A stretch of DNA of 64,000 nucleotides from Eledone cirrhosa (taxonomy: Eukaryota): NCBI GenBank assembly GCA_964016885.1, contig OZ024752.1:2542001-2606000 (forward strand), written 5' to 3'. The notes beneath the pieces are model-generated. The model did no database searches, was not told the DNA's origin, and was given only the letters and a program-made list of their open reading frames with translations. The position numbers and the translations under genes were made by a program. Positions 54,176 to 64,000 of this stretch are shown in pieces; within the stretch, counting starts at the first letter, position 1; each line of letters opens with the position of its first letter.

Positions 54176-56220
54176 ATTATTATTTGTAGTTTTGATTCAC
54201 ATGCCTATGAGAACTTTATTTTTTCATGTTTTCAAAACGTTTTAATTGTTATTATTTTTTACAAGGTGTAATTCTATGGCTCTGCATTTCACTAAAGAAG
54301 GCGACCACATAATATTAGTATTTTGGGACCAAATCATGTATATTTATTTCCTAAATAACAACCCTTAATTTTCGAAAAGGAGGTGTAAGTTAACAGCACT
54401 GTGTATGGTAGGTAGATAAAAAAACGGAAGGCAGATATATAGCGATAAAGAGAGTGAGAGATGTCCAAGTAACTGAAAATCTGTTTTGATATTTACAACT
54501 TTCAAATCCTGCTAAAATGAACTATATCTTCAAATAGGAATTGAAACAACGAAACAGATTTACCGATTCAGCTTTCCTTCAAACATCCATATTCACTTAA
54601 TGCATTCGCCACGATGTTGCCAAATATTGAATTATTCCACCACATATTGTGGATACACGCATTTACCATTGATCATCAGGATACTAGCATTATTCTCCTA
54701 CTATTGTTATATGAATAGAACAATAGTGAAACGGTTGAATTGCTTGAGTTGTGTGGAGCTGCCTGTAGCCAAAATGTCTGTGGCTTTTAACACTTTGCGG
54801 TATGTTATTGTTGTTTCCTTTCTTTAATTGCATTTAGTTTCTTTCATTCTATCTTTACTTTATTTCCTCATTTTTCTTTCCTATAGTTCCCTCACAGAAA
54901 TATTCGTACTGCTTTTTCTTTGCTAGTGAAATATTTTTTCTGATTTATATTACCACCTTAATATTTTATTTCTCCAAGTAATCTTTGCTATTTACTATTC
55001 GTTCTTACTCATACCTTTCCACCATTCATATTTTATGCTTTCTTTCCACACTCTGCTTTCTCTCTATGCCAGTCATATAACCTCACAACTCAATATCTTT
55101 TTATACTTCATCTCTACCTCTCTTTCGTCATTTATGCTAACGCGTTTCTTTTCATCTCACTCACTCCTCCTCTCTCTGTCTACCAATCTCTCTCTGACTT
55201 TATTTCTCTCGTCTTTACTTTAAGTGATATGCACTCCCGTGTTTTTATCACATTCGCCGTCAAGCGCTGTTTCTATTTCCGTACAAATCTTTCATTCACT
55301 ATCATTTTTTTCCCTTATTATTGCCTGCAGTTTAATTTGCTTGTAATAAATCCTCAGAAAATATTTAATTTCTACCACTTCTGTGGGCTATTTGTCATCG
55401 TGTTTCGTCAACGAGGTCAAACACTGCCCGTTTATATTTCACTAGTGAATTGCAATAAACGACACACGAAATTATTTTTATATAAGGAATAAAAGATTAG
55501 TATCCTTACGAAAATTACAAAACACATATATTGAGTATTTCTATAAATCATTTCACCAATTTCTATCAATTTATACACGGGATCTTCCGAAGTCATGAAG
55601 GATGATAATAAAATTCCATCCTCTGTAGAATTTGAAATCGAAGTATTGTAAGGAAATACAGCAAAGTATTTTGCCAACATTTGTGTTGATTCATTCTTTC
55701 TACAAGTCTGTGAGTACGAAAAAAGGTATAAATTCACTAAAACAGATTTATTAAAATATTCGGAGGTTTTATATTTTTCTGGGTTTTTTTGTTATTTTGT
55801 TTTACATGAAATGCAATGAATTTTTGAAGGACCTCATAAGGAAGATAAAACCAAAAAAAGATAATCTGTTTCCTTGCATGGTATATGCATTTCTCTATAT
55901 GATGATAGTTTCCTTCCTATAGTATTCCAGGAGTATATGTTTCCCAATTTCGAAAGGTGGTTTTTAGATAATTTAGCGTGTACATGCAGACATCAGTTAA
56001 ACATGAATGCTACAAGAGAGGGTGAGGATGGTATATACACGACCCAAGGGGTTTCAGCTTCTGTTCACCAAGCCCTTTGAATCGTGTGCTCCCTTGAAAA
56101 GCTTGCCAAATCTAAATGGCGTCGCGATTGTAAGCATTCGTATCTCTATACACATTCTGCATCCTCCCATGCATTGAGAAATTCAATGCTTTGCGGTTAC
56201 CCCCGTCTGTGTCATGCAGA

Positions 56221-56271
<51 letters not shown>

Positions 56272-56274
56272 TAA

Positions 56275-56321
<47 letters not shown>

Positions 56322-56353
56322 CATACACACATACACATACACACACACATATG

Positions 56354-56419
<66 letters not shown>

Positions 56420-58209
56420 AACTTATTAAAGAATACAACATAGTACAATGAAAAGCTATATTAGTGTAACGATGGTTATAGTAGAACAAGTGTCTTTACA
56501 TTTCGCACACTAGTCCTATACCTGAAGATAAAATAATAACAAAAGATGAAATAATAAGATAGAGAAGAGGAAAGATTGAGACAATGCACGTGTTTGCTAA
56601 GTCACCTATTTTGGATATATATATTTATTGAATATTCCGTGTGATAAATTTTTGAAAGAATGAGAATTACCGGCACGAACATTCTACCAAACTTTACATT
56701 ATTAAGCTTAATCATAAAAAAGAATAGGCGGCAGTTAATTGACAGACATATTGTTAAGAATTTTTTTTTCATGATTTGAAATAAATTTGAAAAATCTTTG
56801 AGGGCAATGTGATATGATTGCCAGAAATGTTATAAAGATTTCAATATTCTGGTGAGATAGATATCAAAGAAATGAAAATAGAATCATATCCCTAAATTTG
56901 TTTATTTCGAAATGTATTGGCAAACATTGTTAATTTGGTTTTGCTGAGCATCTTATATCTAATTCAAAGAAATATGCATTTCCCCTGGTTTTAATTGCAG
57001 CTCGAATGGAATTTATAGCTTTCTCTGCATAAAACATTGCACTTCATGTTGGTTATATGTGACTCCTGAAGGAAAAATAATTTCCAGTTAGGTGCAGTTA
57101 AAAGATTTATGCATTCGAGCTTCGAAGCCGTTATAAATATGTCCACATCTGCAAATCTTCTTTATTTTGTCATGGGGTCATGTTAAAACCTTTCACTAAT
57201 ATAATTAATTTTATCACACTGTTGTGTAATTCGTTTTCGTTTTTGTAACAAATGCTACTGTGAAGTAATAAATAGATAAACAGAAAATACCAGAAACAAA
57301 ACACATTTAACAAATTTAAATGGAAGGTAAAATAAAACATATTTTAAGTGCTTCATTTTTGTTTCCGAAAGTGGGTGGATGTATTATCTAATTAATTTTC
57401 TTCATTGTCGGAGGTTTTACATTATATGACTATCAAGTGAATATTCTCCAATGGAATAATACAATTTTATTTCGTGAACCACCCCTATAAAATTTCAATT
57501 TTATGTATAAACGTACATGATCAAATTTAGTAATAGTTAAAGTATATAAGGTTTTCCTACATCCCGGATTAAGACGTTTATTATAACGGTTATGTTATTG
57601 ATAATTTATATATGATATAAGGGCAATTATTTCGGCAGTTTCAATGCGTTTTAAAGATAACCCAGAAGTTCCCTCCTCGCTTTCATATAGCCATAGCCTA
57701 TTGGAATGTGTTTACTTTTCCATCCTTTCCGAAAGCTAGTTCAATAAAACATGTTACTGTCATGATTTGCAGAATATGATATTTCAATAGCTAGTTCATG
57801 CGAAGTCCACTGTTATAATTCGTCCCAGACGTCAGTTGGTTAGTACCAGGTCTATCATATACTCTTTGTGTCTGGTCAATCTACTCTCATCCTATAATTT
57901 TAATCTTTTGTATATTTAATACATGATATTTTAAGCAATTTTAAATATTCAAACATCTATAATTACACAATTCAAATTGATTGATTTTACCTAACGGGCT
58001 TAACTCGTTATGTATTATAAAATCATATGTCTACATGGTTTCAACCTAGCACAAATATGTTGTAGAACACATCATACAGAAATAAGTTTTGAATATAGAA
58101 ATATTAGATCAACCGATCTAGTTGTGTGTATTTGCCTGTAATATGACGTGGTCACATTTAACTTTACTTTCGTATTTTGTTTTGTTTTGTTTTATGTTTC
58201 CATTTGTTT

Positions 58210-59125
58210 TTATTTATTTCTCTCGCTCTTGTATGTTTCGGTGCGTTAAATTTGTGAGGTTCCTAGCAGTTATTATTTGAGGTTATATTTCCATTCCATG
58301 ATGTATTCAATCATAACAGCACATACTGCTTCCCAGCATCATGGATTAAATGCCGCGAATGTTTGACTATTATGTAATCAGATAATCCAAGCGTAATATC
58401 ATCAATGTAGATATGGATAGAGTCTAGTGGATTTTAGAATGTGTTAGCAGTGATGAAGCAGCGTGATAAATGTTTAAGATAAAAAATTCATTAACTCAAG
58501 AGGGTTGGTATCTGATGCAGGCAAATTTCCTTCATCGATGTCAGTATCAACATCTTTATGGGCTTTGCGTGTTGAGTTACGTATGGCGAACTATAATGTT
58601 TAATAATTCGCGACTAGTATAACAGCTCGGTACGGCTCTCATTCAATGGGATGAAAAAGCCTGTAAATGGAAATGCTTGCTCCAAGGAATGGCATAATAT
58701 TAGCATACCACATACATATATACACATACATGTATGCCCACGTACATATGTGTGTTGGTATGTCAAATACACACATATATGTGTATATCCGTGTGGGGAG
58801 CAACACGTGTTGGTTTGTTTTTAATTTCTATTTTTTCTCTCTTTCTAATCCGATTCAAACAAATTATTTGGCAGTGAAATAATGGTCGTGTTTTTTTGTC
58901 CCCCTTCCTTTTATTTTGTTTCTTTCTCTCCCTCTTCGCGTATATTTTGATGCGTTACATTTGTGAGGTTCCTATCAATGGTTACTAGCATTTATTATGT
59001 GTGGTTATGTTTCCTTTCTAGGATGTATTCCATCATAGCAGCACATTCTGATTCCAGGAATCTTGTATTAGACAGAGAATTAATGCCGCGAATGTTTGGA
59101 ACGCCAAAGTATTTGATCATTAATG
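58210..59125. repeat. diverged direct repeat, ~705 bp period
   Basis: TGCGTTA.ATTTGTGAGGTTCCTA..GATGTATTC.ATCATA.CAGCACAT.CTG..AATGCCGCGAATGTTTG at ~58242-58365 and ~58950-59098. Confidence 0.75.
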
Positions 59126-59843
59126 TAAGGTAAACACATCTTAAATAGAGCTTGGTGCAGATATTACGTTAAGAGAACATTCAGACAGAGTGGATGTGGA
59201 AAAGTTAAAGATGTTTACCTCGTTGGGTGTTGAATTTCTAGTTCCAGAAATTTTTATTTTCATTCACAGGAAAGTGCACACACATACATATATGTTTATA
59301 TACAGGTATATATATTAATGAACTTATATTTCACGTTAAACACAGAGGGACATCAGTAAATAATAATAACGATATTTAGATATGAAAATATAGATGTACA
59401 TATCTCTATTTCGGGGGTTATTGTATTTTATGTGTGTGTGTAGCAACACGTGGTTGTGTGTGATACTGCTGACTCTGGCAGAGCCCAAGAAAACACATGT
59501 ATCCTTCAAGACACGTCGTTCGTGGTGGTAGAGTAGTGTTGGTGAAGAGGGATTAGGGTGGTGGTAGAGGGGTTTGGGTGAAGTGTGTTTGAATCGACGT
59601 GAAGAAACAAATGCAATATGTCATATGGAAATGTGACTGAGGATGTACTTCAATTTCTGTTCTATAGGAAATGACAGTTGTATCTAGTATCATTCAAGGA
59701 AATAGTTTTTTTAACTTACTGACAGAAAGGCGTGTTGTTTATCATTCCATATGACGAGGTCTTATCTTTCACAAGTAACAATTAATCAAATGAGTTCACA
59801 CAAATATATTAATATTTAACTGCTCATGTGTGTTCTTATTCTA

Positions 59844-59903
<60 letters not shown>

Positions 59904-60008
59904 ATAATAATAAATGTGAAGACTAAAATCCAAAGAGGGCTCGATAAGGATAAATATATATCAAATATATAAGAACCGTAGAGCAAATATATATATATAT
60001 ATATATAA

Positions 60009-60543
60009 TAAATCAGGAAAGAAGAGTGACACTGTTTGCTATACAAAAAAGGTTTTTAATCTCATTGCTGACAATTGTTTCTCTGAACTGGTAGGTCTAG
60101 AGATCGCTATCCGCTTATTTTCACGTTATTCGATCGTCAATACAAAGTTATAACCAGTCAGTTCATCGGAGCTTGCTAGAATGAAAAGAATATACTGGCC
60201 TGTTCACGCAATCTCCGATGAACTGACTGGTTATAACTTTGTATTGGCGATCGAGTAACGTGAAAATAAGTGGATAGCGATCTCTAGACCTACCAGTTCA
60301 GAGAAACAATTGTCAGCAATGAGATTAAAAACCTGTTTTGTATAGCAAACCGTGTCACTCTTCTTTCCTGATTAATTATTACTCCAAGTGTTTACAACAT
60401 AGGAATTACAGCGTACTCGCAGCATCACTATGGAAACGCCTGGTTGAGTCGAACTTAGCCAAGCAATGATATCATCCACTAGCCGGAGTACCGTAACTTG
60501 ACTACACCTAAGTGGACTAGATATAACAATAATTTGTTGCCCC
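60009..60543. mobile_element. fold-back HHR element (family 9) between (TA)n tracts
   Basis: ~160 bp arms 60010-60170 and 60213-60373 plus tail; HHR 60213-60317 (+) CU-CCGAUGA-a-CUGACUGGU..ACCAGUUCAG-a-GAAA-CAAUUG-UC/AG and its antisense twin. Confidence 0.82.
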
Positions 60544-60618
<75 letters not shown>

Positions 60619-60622
<4 letters not shown>

Positions 60623-61445
60623 AAAGAATAGAGGTGTAACACACAAGTAATTATATATTGGTAAACGGAATAGAAAATGCTGACAAATTGTTCACAGTTG
60701 AAAAATAGTTTAATTAGGAATAAAAGAGTATTAGTAATTGTAATGGTTAGTATTCAGTTTTGGTTTTAAGTTTTACCGGTTGCGCATTTCTAAATGCTTT
60801 TCAAAAATAATTTTGAGATAGAGCGTCCGTGTTGTTTGTTCTGATCAGAGCAAACAACATGGACGCTCTATATTCCCTGGGCATGGATTCATTGAAGCTC
60901 CGACACCTGGCAACTGACTTGGTAAACACCCATAAAATTGTTAACCATGTTGCCAACAACAACCCTGAGGACCTTTTTGATTTCCATGTGTCTAACACAC
61001 GTGGACATGCCCACAAAGTAAGAAAACAGCACAGTTCCCATGACTTTCGGAAATATTTTTTCACGCTCAGAGTTGCTGAAGCATGGAACAAACTACCTGC
61101 ATCAGTTGTTAGCTGTCGAGACACTGCATCCTTTAAGGCCTCCATGCTTCCCGAGATCCGCCAACACTACAGCTAACACATACACACATGTACTTCCCTG
61201 ACATTCGTGTATTATTCTATGTACTATATTGACGAGCTGTAGTGCACCTGAGCACTTTACACAATAATTTCATTATATATCTCAAAATTATTTTTGAAAA
61301 GCATTTAGAAATGCGCAACCGGTAAAACTTAAAACCAAAACTCAATACTAACCAATACAATTACTAATACTCTTTATTCCTAATTAAACTATTTTTCAAC
61401 TGTGAACAATTTGTTAGCATTTTCTTTTCCGTTTACCAATATATA
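60619..61445. mobile_element. fold-back HHR element (family 10) enclosing a LINE 3' end
   Basis: arms ~60653-60820 and ~61278-61445; HHR-like 61291-61327 UUU-UUGAAAA-GCAUUU(ag)AAAUGC-GCAA-CCGG-UA/AAA and antisense twin 60771-60807. Confidence 0.8.
60872..61275 (+). pseudogene. CR1/L2-type LINE ORF2 C-terminus and 3' UTR
   Basis: SLGMDSLKLRHLATDLVNTHKI..SNTRGHAHKVRKQHSSHDFRKYFFTLRVAEAWNKLPASVVSCRDTASFK (TRGH..FFxxRV..WNxLP motif). Confidence 0.9.
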
Positions 61446-64000
61446 TATATATATATATATATATGCATGTATGTCTGTATGTGTTTATGTATGTTTTCAT
61501 TGCATGTATTTAAATTACATTATATGAAATTACATTTCTCGGATGAAAATACTATAGTAACATGGACCAGTGATATCAACGCTATGTAGTTGTATGAATA
61601 ATTAACAAATTACAGTTCAAATCCCCTCATAAAATTCATCATAGTTCTTTAAAATAACGCATTGATTAATGTAACTCATGGTAACTTACTCTTAAAAATG
61701 CGTGAGATTATTATGATATATAATTCACCATAGGGAATGAATGTTAATGGGAGACAGCTTCGGAACTAAGCAAGATCCATAAGAAAATCAATCAAATGTT
61801 TGTGCTATTTTATAAATAGTAATATCATTTTCACAACACCTACTACTAAACACTCACGATGCAATGCATTTAATTGATATGCTCGAAATAGCAGACAACA
61901 TTCTTTCAAGTCCACTTCCATATTTAAATAGTTTGACATCCATATTAGATAATGCCTCTCCTAAACATTTACAATGCCAACTGTGGAATTTTTATGGTCA
62001 TAGATCTGCTCAATCAGATTTGACCTGCAACTAAACTACAACAGCTAACCATGCGAAAATAGCGTCACTTTCTTGCATTCTATCAATATTTTACCACATT
62101 TCTCATTGAAACAATGAGCACGTATAGACATTCTTAAGGATTTTACATTCTATATTGACATTATCATTCATCACAAAACAAGTATACATACTTATCCGTT
62201 CTGAATTTACGATGGCAACAATTTACAACATGAATTCAATCTCTGCCAAACAGTGACATTTAAAGTTATTTCGCTTACCATAATTTACAGTCAGAACCAA
62301 AATGACACACGCTTTTGTGCTTACCGTCGGAAAACATCAATCCGCAAGTTTAAGATTATAATTTTAAAATAAAATACCTTTGTTGACATACGAATTTGAC
62401 AGATCTGATAACCATAGAATTTCATCTTATCTAAAAGAATACAGATAAGCAACTAATATAAGGCAATGTTCAAATTTTTCACTCATGATGGCCTACATAT
62501 TCATTTAAGGCATTAGTAAGCTTTCCTGTATATAACTGTCCAACATCCACATCTTAGACAGAGCATCTCAATACTACTCTAAGCACATATTAACTGACAA
62601 CTCCATCTCCACAAGAGTTAGCATTAGCATATGCTGCGGTAGGCTGATGATATACTTCTATGACATGCTGGCACGATTTGCAACCACCTCAAACCATTGA
62701 CCGTGAATCCCTCATAGACCACATTAGCTATAAGCGATAATACATTTTATATTCCCGTGTATTTTTAACTACATCTTTCCTGTTTCCTGGTAAATGTTAA
62801 TGTAGACATAATAGATATATATAGTTTAATCAGTCGCATCATACCCAAGTTAATTTTCCTTCTGTTTTTCTTTTTCCCACCATTAACAATGTTGACACAA
62901 ACAAACAAGCACGCCACTATGTGTTCCTAGTTATGTACTTACGTATTAAATATTTATATTTAAAATATCTTTTTAATAATATATATACTTACATGTTGCT
63001 TGCATTAAGATACAAGGAAATGAATGTCACAGACAGCTACGCAAATGTTCTTTATTAAATGAATAAAACAAATATATTATATAGCCCTAGCAATATTTAT
63101 TTATACGTTCACAAATGAAGAATAAGCGAAAATATCAGTTGTGAAAACTGGGTTTTTCTTCATCAGGAATATGTACTTTATGTATATAATCCCAAATGAT
63201 CACATATTTACCGAAGAAATTATTAGCTCGAAATTCTTTCATTGTAATAGTTCCTTTCAGTTTTTGTTTCCACATTGTCATATTTGAAGCACTTATATTT
63301 CTTTTATTTATTTACATACATTTCAATATCTTACATGTAGAAAGTTTGTTTGTAGTGTTAATCTCCCCCTCACGAGAGGAATATCATTTCTAGTTTCATC
63401 TTGCATTTTTCACATCCAACTCAAATCTTAATATATGTTCTGCGTTGCTTCAAATACAGCATTTATCTATTTCGTTCCATTACCCTCTGTTCTACACCCG
63501 TTATTTCGGTATGCAATAAACATAGACAAAAACATATGTTTATACACAACCACACACATACACAGACACATGTCTTTATATATAAGAATTGAAAGAGCAG
63601 GCACCTCCAAATATATCCGGTCCAATCAAGGGCAAGTGATGAAGATCAGGCGTTCATAGATGTCGGAAGCGATGTTAGCTTTCGTCACCCTTCCCAACCG
63701 TTCTGCGTTCTCCATATCTGCGTTAGTCTTCCCAACATGCTCGTTACTCTAGCCTAGTTATTATTCACTTGAGGACCTGAACCGAACAAAACTCCAATCA
63801 TGCACAACGTATCATATCCAAACGCAAATTTTAGTCTATTGTACATGAAACGAACAATTAGAATACGATATTTTATACGTTTTGCAGAAAATATCGAAAA
63901 ACATTCCCAACATAGCAAAATCTTTGTAAAGTACCTCCATAGAATTAATAGTCATTGGAAAGTGTAAGATGGAGAATAACACAGTATTCAGGAGACGTAT

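Overview
This is AT-rich, microsatellite-saturated eukaryotic DNA, almost certainly intergenic or intronic. The tRNA-derived SINE family and the extreme (TA)n load point to an octopus or coleoid cephalopod genome (inference). I could not support any intact host protein-coding gene; nearly all ORFs in the track are (TA)n/(CA)n translations. Recognisable transposon relics are an internally deleted Helitron (to 4270), a hAT/Charlie element with TIRs and TSD (6124-7095), R4-clade and CR1-like LINE fragments, and several SINEs with TSDs. The dominant hidden structure is about 30 type I hammerhead ribozyme (HHR) motifs in roughly a dozen unrelated sequence families, nearly all in short non-coding elements bordered by (TA)n tracts. 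They occur as divergent fold-back pairs (antisense copy left, sense copy right) or as tandem units of 526 and 699 bp. They show palindromic helix III, compensatory helix changes and a recurrent U3-A8 core covariation. In one element, arm homology starts exactly at the predicted self-cleavage site. A degraded Penelope-like GIY-YIG endonuclease (about 50380-50775) has TGA codons at two conserved cysteines of its CxCx5C motif, suggesting a selenocysteine-encoding Naiad-type element as a possible driver. All alignments and folds were done by eye; arm boundaries are approximate to a few nt.
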